Shown: positions 38,503 through 47,001 of the stretch, in pieces
How the letters are laid out: each line of letters opens with the position of its first letter
How positions within the stretch are numbered: position 1 is the first letter of the stretch
Made by a program: the position numbers and the translations under genes
NCBI GenBank assembly: GCA_963798915.1
Contig: CAWCVB010000007.1
Span: 143,640 to 207,639, forward strand
Reading direction: 5' to 3'
Length of the DNA stretch: 64,000 bases
Origin: an uncultured Gemmatimonadales bacterium
Lineage (GTDB): Bacteria; Gemmatimonadota; Gemmatimonadetes; Gemmatimonadales; GWC2-71-9
The notes under the pieces: generated by a model
Seen by the model: only the letters and a program-made list of their open reading frames with translations
What the model was told of the DNA's origin: nothing
The model's database searches: none

Positions 38503-38931
38503 ATGACGGCAGGTCCTGACCTCACTGCTCCGCCAGTTCGCATCATGTCAGCCGTCCCCACTTTTCTGGTGCCTGATGTTGCTGCGACGGCGCGGTGGTA
38601 CGCGGAGCACCTTGGCTTCCATACCGCGGGGCATTCGCCCGACCATGAACCGTATGTCCACGCCAGCGTCCAGCGAGGCGGGGCCGAGATCATGTTCCTC
38701 GGCCTCGCAGGCTACCAGAAGCCCGATCTCGCCAAGCTGCGGCCGGCTGGTCTATGGGACGCGTACATCCGCTTGGAGGGGGTACGCACCGTGTACGAAG
38801 TGATCGCTGACCGGTCGTTCATACGGATGCCACTCACGAAGCAGTCGTATGGCGACTGGGAGTTCGAGGTCCGCGATCCCAATGGGTACATCCTCGTCTT
38901 CGGCGGCGATGCCGATGCGAGGTCCCGGTGA
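38503..38931 (+). CDS. VOC/glyoxalase (bleomycin-resistance) family protein
   Basis: AGGAGG RBS; PTFLVPDVAATARWY...LGF, YGDWEFEVRDPNGYILVFG. Confidence 0.9.
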   Translation: MTAGPDLTAPPVRIMSAVPTFLVPDVAATARWYAEHLGFHTAGHSPDHEPYVHASVQRGGAEIMFLGLAGYQKPDLAKLRPAGLWDAYIRLEGVRTVYEVIADRSFIRMPLTKQSYGDWEFEVRDPNGYILVFGGDADARSR

Positions 38932-39055
38932 GTGCCAAGCGATTTCGTTGAGCTACCGGTCGATCGAGGAGCGGATTCCGGCGGAGCATGCCCGCTTCAC
39001 GGCACTCCCGAAGCGCAATTCGTCAGCTGGACGCCAACCGACCTCTGCAGATAAC

Positions 39056-39094
39056 AAAACGCCCGGCCGGGTGCGTCAGCACCCGACCGGGTCG
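39056..39094 (-). terminator. Rho-independent terminator of the cold-shock gene
   Basis: Minus strand: cgacccggtcgggtgc-tgac-gcacccggccgggcg followed by tttt. Confidence 0.75.
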
Positions 39095-39131
39095 CAATGT
39101 GAAGGTGGAACGACGACCGGGACTGCGCTGA

Positions 39132-39344
39132 TCAGGCGCTGGTCTTGGTGACGTTTTCCGCCGCGGGGCCCTTCTGGCCCTGCACCACGTCAAATTCCAC
39201 CCGCTCGCCCTCGGCCAGGCTCTTGAAGCCCTCGGCCTGAATCGCCGAATGATGGACGAAGCAATCCTTCTGTCCGTCTTCGGGGGTGATGAAGCCGAAG
39301 CCCTTGGCGTCATTGAACCATTTCACTGTGCCGGTGGTACGCAT
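39132..39344 (-). CDS. Cold-shock protein (CspA family)
   Basis: [54 protein letters not shown]. Confidence 0.98.
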   Translation of the reverse strand: MRTTGTVKWFNDAKGFGFITPEDGQKDCFVHHSAIQAEGFKSLAEGERVEFDVVQGQKGPAAENVTKTSA

Positions 39345-39738
39345 TGCATTACTCCTCATTGGTGTTGCGGCATCGGCGTGCGGCAAGGCCGGACGGACCG
39401 ACGACGCGTGCTCGTGACATTGCCTCACGAAAGGCTGCGGCTGCTCAGTCAGCATGCAAAAAGGGCCCCGGCGTATCTCCCGGGACCCTCGCAGCTCCTT
39501 GGATTTAGCATCGCGCCTTCGGCGCGACTGTCGCAGCCCTTAAGATACCCTCATGGCGAGCGTTTCACAAGGAGCGCAGCCATGGACCGGGAGAATGCGC
39601 ATGCAACACCGGGTATCGCCTGAGTGACACCGCCGCGTCCTAGCTCAACGAGTCCGCCGTCGGCCGGGGGATCCGGCGGAGTGGCATTGCACGGGATGAG
39701 CTGTCTGTCACCACCAAGCGGTGGACCAGGGAGATGGG

Positions 39739-39902
39739 CTGCAGCTGGATTATGTCGACTGTTGCTGATGCTTCAGCCATTCGGCGACGTGTACGGCGAG
39801 TGGCGCGCGATGGAAGAGTTGTAGCGTGCGGGCAAGGCCAGGGCGATTGGCATCGCCAACTTTCATCCCGACCGCATCATGGACCTCATGCTGCACAATG
39901 AA
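39739..39902 (+). pseudogene. Internal fragment of an aldo/keto reductase (2,5-DKG reductase-like)
   Basis: [53 protein letters not shown] with a frameshift and an in-frame TAG at 39822. Confidence 0.8.
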
Positions 39903-40034
39903 CGATGTGCTTGAGTTCGGCGATCCGGACCCTCGCAAGGTTTCCGTCTTGCTCTTGACATGCCGTGATGATACGGCAAGCTCTGGGGATTCAATACCAA
40001 GCTGCTGTTGGATGCTCCGGGATTACGCCGAAAC

Positions 40035-40420
40035 TCACGGGCGCCGGGCCGGCGTCTGCCACAAAACCTCCCGCACCATCCAGACTTCTCCGTACTTCGC
40101 GAGCAGCAGGTAGTCCGTGCCCCATGAGGCCACGACCTTGGCGCTGGCCGTCTGATCCTGAACGTCAAAAACGGTCACCTCGCGCGGCGCATCGGGCGGG
40201 GCGAACATCCTGCGCTCCCTCACGCTTCTGGTGTAAGCGATCGCCTCGGACCACGACATGGCCTCGCCGAGGTAGCGTGTCGAGTCGGACGACCACCAGA
40301 ACCCGAATTTTTGCAGGTCGGGGCTGACGCTGCGGCGGAGCCGGTTCTCGTCGCCCTGATAGAAGCCCTCGACGTAATCCAGGACCGCCCGCCGCATCCC
40401 GCCTCCGCATTCGTCGGGTA
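40035..40420 (-). pseudogene. NTF2-like (lumazine-binding-2 type) gene with disrupted or missing 5' end
   Basis: RRAVLDYVEGFYQGD, DQTASAKVVASWGTDYLLLAKY..W...VLWQ; no in-frame signal peptide upstream. Confidence 0.65.
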
Positions 40421-40483
40421 GATGCACCGCCCGAGACGAGCGAGCCCGACCTCGGCACCGAGCGCGTTGCGGAATCGAGCCGT

Positions 40484-40538
40484 CGTCACTTGCCAAGTGA
40501 CGCCAGCGTGACAGCAGCGTCACGGGCGCCCGTATCCT
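40484..40538 (+). promoter_or_regulatory. Putative SARP/BTAD operator, copy 1, with candidate -10 (TATCCT)
   Basis: T[CG]AC cores at 40486, 40498, 40509 and 40520; 31/41 nt identical to 50009-50049; TATCCT 8 bp after the last repeat. Confidence 0.7.
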
Positions 40539-40575
40539 GCGCTGGGTAGCACGCCGCCGAGGAGGTCGAAGCAAG

Positions 40576-43500
40576 GTGACCCAATTCATGCACAGCAGGG
40601 CTATCCTCGCGACCGCGCTGATGGGCGCGCTCGTCGCCGCCGAAGGCTGCAATCGCACGTCAGGCGCGTCGGCGAGCGACCGAACGGCCATGGCGCTCGA
40701 GCAATGCGATCCGGCCCGCTACATCCCCTGCATTCCGCAGGTCGCCTTTCTTTCCGTCCCCCTTCATGATGCCGGTCTCTATCTCACCTACTCGAGCCAG
40801 TGGGCGCCCGGCGTGTCGGGCCATCGTCCGTGGGACGTCGGCTCGCTGGGACTCGGTGGCTGGTCCATCAATCCCATTCAGCGCTATGACACCGCCCAAC
40901 GGGTGCTCTTCAGCGGCGACGGGTCCTGGCGCATCGCGAGCAGCGTGCGACTTCCGTCGGATGAGCGAGTCGTTCCCAGCTACGACGGAGCACTCGCCTA
41001 CGTCTTCGATCCCGCTGGCCGCCATGTGCGCACCATGGACGGCCACCTCGGCACCGTGCTGCTTCACATCGAGTACGACGCTGTTGGCCGTCTGACCAGC
41101 ATCGACGGATCGCTCGACGGCGCTCCGGCGCACCTGTCGGTCCAGCGCGCACCCGACGGCACGGCGCGCGCCCTCGCGGGTACGGATGGCGGCACGACGT
41201 CGCTCACGATGGAGCCGCGTGGCCGGCTGACAGCAGTCACCAACCCCGCTGGCGCCACCACGCGTATCGACTGGGATGAGGGCGGACACGTCGTCTCGCA
41301 GACGGATCCGCTGGGCGGGGTTGCGCACTACAGCTACGATAACTCGGGACGAGTCGTCTCTTACGTCGACGCGGACAGCGTCGCGCAACGATTCGAGCGG
41401 CACGAATCGAGCAAGAGCCTCGAGATCCGTGTATCGACCACCCTCGGCCGACACTGGACGTATCGCGGGGAGCTTCTGGACGGCGCGATCCGCCGCACGT
41501 TCATCGATCGGGACGGTTCGATGAGCACCGAAACCGTCGACCCACGTGGCGCGCGTGTGATCAAGCTCGCCGACGGAACGAGCTACAGCGTCGGCGCGCT
41601 GGCGCATCCAGTCTGGAGCATGTCGGCGCCGATCTTGACACCCGTGGTGCAATCCCGCCCCGACGGAGTCACAGCCCGGCGCGAGGTGAAGTACGCGCTC
41701 CAGCCGCAGCGTGGTCTTCCCTACATGCTCGCGGGATCTGTCACCACCGTTATCAACGGTCGCGCGTGGAGGCAAGACTTCGATCCTCTCAGACGCACGG
41801 TAGTGCTGGTCGGCCCCGCCGGGCGTCGCACGCTCATCACGTACGATTCCGCAGGCCGTGTGCTGAGCCACTCGGCGCCAGGCAGACCGCCGGCGGCGTA
41901 TGCGTACGACGCCGCCGGGCGGATGGTGAGCGAGACCATCGGGGCGGGTCAACTCGCCCGCACCACCCGCTACGTCTACGACGCGAACACCGGCCGGATC
42001 ACTACCACCCTTCCCGACGGTGTCGTCGAGCACGCGACCGTCGACAAAGCTGGACATATGGTGCAGGCGTCCGCCGGAGACGGCTCGACGGCGATTGCAG
42101 CCTATGACGGTGGCGATCGGCTCATCCAGCTCCAACCCGCCGGAGGGGTGAGCTTCACCCTGGGCTCGAGCCCCGGCGGTCGGCCCACCGCGTTCGTGCC
42201 ACCTGTCGTGCCGGGTGATTCGTCCATTGAGTCGCGCTCCTACGATCCCGATGGACAACTGACGCGGATTGTCGGATCGGGTGGGCGCGCCGTGATGCTT
42301 TCGTACGATGACGCGGGACGGGTGAAGCGCTGGAGCTTCGATCAGGGCACGCGAACCATTTTCTACGACCCGCGAACCGGCGCGACAACTCGGGCCACGG
42401 ATCCGAGCGGCGTGACCACCACCTACGGTTACGCGGGCGACCTCGCCGATCGCCTGACCTGGTCCGGGCCAATTGCTGGTTCGGTCGGCGTCACACTCGA
42501 TGCGAACGGACGTCCCGCGGCCGAAGCGGTGAACGGGGCGGACACGCTGCGCTTCGCCTACGACGGATCGGGCTTGCTCACGAGGGTCGGACCGCTGACG
42601 CTTACGCGCGACTCCGCGAGTGGGCTGGTCACGGCGACGAAGCTCGGGGTGGTCGAGACCCGGCAGACATTCGACGCGAACGGATCGCTCATGCGCGCAA
42701 CGACGACCGTGCGTGGCGACGTGGTGTTCGAGCTGCGCTACACACGCGATGTGCTCGGACGAATCGCGAGCGTCAGTCAGACGACCGGCCACGGGAAGCC
42801 GTCGCGTACCGCCTACGCGTACGATGCGGCCGGTCGGTTATCTGCCGTTCGGGAGAACGGCCGACCGGCGGAGAGCGAGGGCTATGATCCGGCCGGGAAT
42901 CGTGTCGCGGTGAACCGCCCGAGCGCCACCTTAAAGGCCGCCTACGACGATCGCGATCGCGCGATGACGTGGGGCTCGCGTCACTACTCATGGTCGCCCG
43001 ACGGCAGCCTGACTCGGGTCATCGAGGATGCGAGCGCGACGTCGTTCACCTACGACGACTTCGGCGCGCTTCGCACGGCCACGCTTCCCGACGGGCGGGA
43101 GGTCAGCTATCTCGTTGATGCCGACGGGCGTCGTGTGGGCCGCCGGGTCGGGCGGAACATCGTCGCGGGATATCTCTATCGGCTGGATGGCTTCGTCGCC
43201 GCGGAAACAGATCCGAAAGGCAGGGTGGTCTCGCGATTCGGCTACGATGATCTGGGCCATCTCGCGCTGGTGGAGCGTGGCGGCATTGCGTACCGCGTGA
43301 TAACAGATGCGGTGGGGAGCCCACTCCTGGTCATCGATTCGCGGAATGGCAACATTGCCGAGGCGATGGCGTACAGCCCGTGGGGACGCATGATGCAGGA
43401 CACGGCGCCGGGGTTCACTCCGTTCGGGTTCGCGGGCGGATTGCGGGATCCGGACACCGACCTGCTCCGCATGGGAGCACGCGACTACGAGCCAGCGACG

Positions 43501-45789
43501 GGGCGCTGGACGGCGGCCGATCCCCTGCGATTCGCCGGCGGCGATGCGAACTTGTACCGCTATGCGGCGGGCGATCCGGTCAACCGAGTCGATCCACGCG
43601 GAATGTGTATTTCGCTGAAGGAGGTGGACATCGCCATAACTCGCGGCTTGGCGTCTCACTTACCGGAGATGAAGGGGGAAAACGACCTGTGTCCTGACGC
43701 AGCGATCGGCACACTCACGAATCCCGCGACGCCGCAGAACAACAATCCACCTCCACCTGGCGATCCGCCGGCGGCGGGGAACCCACCAGGGAACGGCAGT
43801 CCCTTCGATTGGGGATGCAAGGGAACTATATGCGTGGGTCCGGACGGTCTGGGCTGCGAGTTCGGAAGCTGTCACAAGAACCCGTTCGGATTCACCTGCG
43901 ACGCGGTGTATTGCCACGGGCCAGGCAATGAGTGGTGTTTCTACTGCTCCATGGGCGACCCTCATCTGCAAGCTGGAAACGGCGCTCGCTTCGACCTTCA
44001 GGCCGCCGGCGAATTCCTGATGGTGACCTCGCGCGATGGCGACCACGTCGTTCAGGCGCGGCAGGAGCCGTATGTCCAGGGAGCTCCGGTAACGGTCAAC
44101 AGCGCCGTCGCCGCCAATCTGAGCGGCGATCACGTGGGCGTCTACGCCACCGAACCTGATTTCCTGCTGGTGAATGGCGTACCCGTCCGGCAGCTCGATA
44201 TCGAGAGACGCTTGCCGCACGGCGACTCGATCGAGCGCCACGGTGGTCTTGTGATCCTCCGCTGGCGCGACGGCAGTCGACTGACCGTCAGCCGCGTCGT
44301 GAGAAGCTTGAATTACGCTTTCGTTCCCGGCCCGGGTGTCGGACCGCTGCGCGGCCTGCTTGGCGGAGCCGGCATCGACTCGCCGCACACGCTCACCAGC
44401 CGCGATGGCGCTGTCCTCCGACTCTCCGATCCCACCTTCGGGAAGAAGCTCTATCAGCAGGTCGGCAACAGCTGGCGGATCAGGCAATCCGAGTCGCTGT
44501 TCCACTACTGGCCCGGCGAAAGCACCGCGACCTTCACGAACGTGAGCTTCCCAGCCAAGCTGGTGACGGCCGCCTCGCTCTCCGCTGCGGTGCGGTCGAA
44601 GGCTGAAGCGATCTGTCGCGCCGTGGGCGTGCACACTCGGCCCGTGCTCGACGACTGCATTCTGGACGTCGGGATCACCGACCTGCCCGCCTTCGCCGCG
44701 GCATCGGTCGCCTTGGCGGCGAGCTTACCTCCGCGTCGCGCGCCGTCCGCCACCGCGTCGTCCTCGATCGCATCGCCCTCCAGCGCATTCGCCATCACGC
44801 TCGGCGATTCCGTATCTCCGAATCATCCAGCCAGGGGCGCGGGGATCATCTTGCATGCCGGGGAGAAGCAGTCGTATGCGTTTTCCGCCCCTGCGGGAAC
44901 GAGCATCTTCGTCGAGGTTGGGCCGTGTCAGGGCGCGACGCCCACATTCGAGGTGCTCGCACCGGACAGCACGCCGCTCGGCGGCACCTTCGGTTGCACC
45001 GGGTTCGGTCCGGTGCGCCTCTCCGCTGCCGGCGTTCATCGCATCGTCGTCGCCACCCTTGACACGGGAATGGTCCGCTACCGCCTTACCCTTCGCATCG
45101 CGCCGTTCGACCAGTACGCGATCCGCATCGGTGACACGGTCTCTCCCGACCATCCCGCTCCCGGTGCAGGCATCATCACCAGCCCCGGGCAGAAACAGTC
45201 CTATGCATTCGCCGGCGTGGCGGGCCAGGCCGTGTATGTGGGAGTCGGCCCGTGCGAGGGCGCCAACCCGAGCTTCGACCTCCGCGCGCCGGACGACAAA
45301 TTGCTCGGGGGCGTAATCGGCAACTGTCACGCCGATATCGGCCGGCAGGTCCTGCCCGTGACGGGCACATACCACATCGTCGCAAGCACGGTCAACAAGA
45401 CCGATGTCTCACGCTACAGCTTCTTTGTGCACACCGTTCCCGGCGATCAGCATTTCCCGGTGCGACTGCCGATCACCGTCTCTCTCGATGGTCCGGCTGC
45501 CGGATCCGGGCGCATGCGCACACAGGGGGTTCAGCAGTTCTACGACTTCAGCGCCAGCCCTGGGACGGTGGTCCATGTCGAGAGTCGCTGCAATCCGGCG
45601 TGCTCACATCTGGCGGTCCGGGTGACCCGAGCGGGCGACACTGGCGAAGGCCAGTTTCTCGATCTGAATTATCTCAGACACGATTGGACGTTGCCGCCGG
45701 GCGGCAACTACACGATCCAAGTGCGCTCGACCGGGTTCACTGGTACATACGGCTTCACGGCGTCGCCGGCTGTGACGCGGCGTCGCTGA
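40576..45789 (+). CDS. Secreted teneurin-like RHS/YD-repeat protein with Cys-rich, VWD (GDPH) and 3 PPC-like C-terminal domains
   Basis: Signal or lipoprotein-like N-terminus; many YDxxGR repeats; RHS core PFGFAGGLRDPDT...RDYEPATGRWTAADP...NLYRY...DPVNRVDPRG; GDPHL..G..FDLQAAGEF; three GAGI.....Q.Y.F repeats. Confidence 0.92.
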   Translation: MTQFMHSRAILATALMGALVAAEGCNRTSGASASDRTAMALEQCDPARYIPCIPQVAFLSVPLHDAGLYLTYSSQWAPGVSGHRPWDVGSLGLGGWSINPIQRYDTAQRVLFSGDGSWRIASSVRLPSDERVVPSYDGALAYVFDPAGRHVRTMDGHLGTVLLHIEYDAVGRLTSIDGSLDGAPAHLSVQRAPDGTARALAGTDGGTTSLTMEPRGRLTAVTNPAGATTRIDWDEGGHVVSQTDPLGGVAHYSYDNSGRVVSYVDADSVAQRFERHESSKSLEIRVSTTLGRHWTYRGELLDGAIRRTFIDRDGSMSTETVDPRGARVIKLADGTSYSVGALAHPVWSMSAPILTPVVQSRPDGVTARREVKYALQPQRGLPYMLAGSVTTVINGRAWRQDFDPLRRTVVLVGPAGRRTLITYDSAGRVLSHSAPGRPPAAYAYDAAGRMVSETIGAGQLARTTRYVYDANTGRITTTLPDGVVEHATVDKAGHMVQASAGDGSTAIAAYDGGDRLIQLQPAGGVSFTLGSSPGGRPTAFVPPVVPGDSSIESRSYDPDGQLTRIVGSGGRAVMLSYDDAGRVKRWSFDQGTRTIFYDPRTGATTRATDPSGVTTTYGYAGDLADRLTWSGPIAGSVGVTLDANGRPAAEAVNGADTLRFAYDGSGLLTRVGPLTLTRDSASGLVTATKLGVVETRQTFDANGSLMRATTTVRGDVVFELRYTRDVLGRIASVSQTTGHGKPSRTAYAYDAAGRLSAVRENGRPAESEGYDPAGNRVAVNRPSATLKAAYDDRDRAMTWGSRHYSWSPDGSLTRVIEDASATSFTYDDFGALRTATLPDGREVSYLVDADGRRVGRRVGRNIVAGYLYRLDGFVAAETDPKGRVVSRFGYDDLGHLALVERGGIAYRVITDAVGSPLLVIDSRNGNIAEAMAYSPWGRMMQDTAPGFTPFGFAGGLRDPDTDLLRMGARDYEPATGRWTAADPLRFAGGDANLYRYAAGDPVNRVDPRGMCISLKEVDIAITRGLASHLPEMKGENDLCPDAAIGTLTNPATPQNNNPPPPGDPPAAGNPPGNGSPFDWGCKGTICVGPDGLGCEFGSCHKNPFGFTCDAVYCHGPGNEWCFYCSMGDPHLQAGNGARFDLQAAGEFLMVTSRDGDHVVQARQEPYVQGAPVTVNSAVAANLSGDHVGVYATEPDFLLVNGVPVRQLDIERRLPHGDSIERHGGLVILRWRDGSRLTVSRVVRSLNYAFVPGPGVGPLRGLLGGAGIDSPHTLTSRDGAVLRLSDPTFGKKLYQQVGNSWRIRQSESLFHYWPGESTATFTNVSFPAKLVTAASLSAAVRSKAEAICRAVGVHTRPVLDDCILDVGITDLPAFAAASVALAASLPPRRAPSATASSSIASPSSAFAITLGDSVSPNHPARGAGIILHAGEKQSYAFSAPAGTSIFVEVGPCQGATPTFEVLAPDSTPLGGTFGCTGFGPVRLSAAGVHRIVVATLDTGMVRYRLTLRIAPFDQYAIRIGDTVSPDHPAPGAGIITSPGQKQSYAFAGVAGQAVYVGVGPCEGANPSFDLRAPDDKLLGGVIGNCHADIGRQVLPVTGTYHIVASTVNKTDVSRYSFFVHTVPGDQHFPVRLPITVSLDGPAAGSGRMRTQGVQQFYDFSASPGTVVHVESRCNPACSHLAVRVTRAGDTGEGQFLDLNYLRHDWTLPPGGNYTIQVRSTGFTGTYGFTASPAVTRRR

Positions 45790-45916
45790 CGCGTTCCACA
45801 GGGTTTCCCGCGCGCGCGAGCCGCAACCCGGAGTAAAACCCATGAGGTGGCCGATGCGGACAGAGTCAATTGCACTCCAACCAGGAGTTGCGTGCGCGGA
45901 CAGTGCCCTCCGATAT

Positions 45917-46990
45917 ATGCGCGGGCATCGCGGGCTGGCACTGGTGCTGCTTTGTCTCGTGGCGGCGGCATGCACGGGCAGGACACGAGACCGCGCCTCG
46001 GGGCAGGCCGTCGCGTTGCAAGGGAAAGGCGACGCGACACGTGACGACCCCTGCTCGCTGCTCGACGTGAGCGACGTTGCTGCGGCCATTGGCCCACTGG
46101 CGGGACCGCCGTATCGCGGCGACCCAAACCCCGATCCCTCGAGCGACGTGTGCCGATACGAGACAAATGATTACCGCCGCATTCAGCTCTCTGTGGATTG
46201 GACGGGCGGCGCGATGGCGATGAAGATGGTGGCCCTCGGCCGGCGCCTCGGGGACAAGGCGCTCCAGGCGGAGACACAGACTGGTATCGTTCTCAAGGCG
46301 GGCGATACGCTGCGCGGCGACTGGGATCAAATTGCCTTGTCGCCAGCCTCCTGCTGCTCACTCGACGCGCTCCGGGGCGACGCGGACGTGCAGCTCGACT
46401 GGACGGGGACGCGCCTGACCATCGCCGCCGCGGGCGCGCTGCTCAATTCGGCCATCAGGCGGCTGAACCATCGGCTGGCGATTGACGGCACGGCCGGCGA
46501 AGCAGCGGCGAAGCAGCGTTGGGCGGCAATGGCGCAAGACAGCGCGCTCGACGCATGCGGGCTCGTCTCCCAGCAGGACGCCGAGGCGATTATCGGAACC
46601 CCGCTCTCGGTGCCGCCGGACCATGGGTCGGCGCAAGAGGGCCCGCGCCGCACGTCCTGCTATTATCGCACGCCGATGCCGAACGCGCCGAACGCGGCAT
46701 TCGTGTACGAGATCGACCTGAAGGAGTGGAGCGATGCGCACGCGAAGTTCGCGGAGGACGAGTTCGTCATCAACGGCGCCGTGGGCGGGATCCGACGTCA
46801 GTGGTCGGGCGGCGACTCCACCACGCCCGCCGAGGCCCCCGAACCGCCGGGCCCCTGGGACGAGATCGGGTCCTCCGTGAGTGGGGGTTACCAGGCGGTC
46901 AAGGGCCCGCTGCTGCTGGCGGTGTCCACCAACGGAGATCATACCAGAGCACGGGCGCTTCTGGCCAAGGCAGTCAGCGCATTGCAATGA
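45917..46990 (+). CDS. Lipoprotein with two Cys-motif (DUF3558-like) domains
   Basis: LLCLVAAAC lipobox; DPCSLLDVSDVAAAIG..CRY and DACGLVSQQDAEAIIG..CYY. Confidence 0.75.
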   Translation: MRGHRGLALVLLCLVAAACTGRTRDRASGQAVALQGKGDATRDDPCSLLDVSDVAAAIGPLAGPPYRGDPNPDPSSDVCRYETNDYRRIQLSVDWTGGAMAMKMVALGRRLGDKALQAETQTGIVLKAGDTLRGDWDQIALSPASCCSLDALRGDADVQLDWTGTRLTIAAAGALLNSAIRRLNHRLAIDGTAGEAAAKQRWAAMAQDSALDACGLVSQQDAEAIIGTPLSVPPDHGSAQEGPRRTSCYYRTPMPNAPNAAFVYEIDLKEWSDAHAKFAEDEFVINGAVGGIRRQWSGGDSTTPAEAPEPPGPWDEIGSSVSGGYQAVKGPLLLAVSTNGDHTRARALLAKAVSALQ

Positions 46991-47001
46991 AAAGTCTCTG
47001 A

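Noticed and set aside
40576..45789. Classical T6SS Rhs toxin-immunity pair
   Set aside because: No PAAR or VgrG, a Sec/lipoprotein-like N-terminus, no nuclease or deaminase motif in the tail, and no small immunity ORF.
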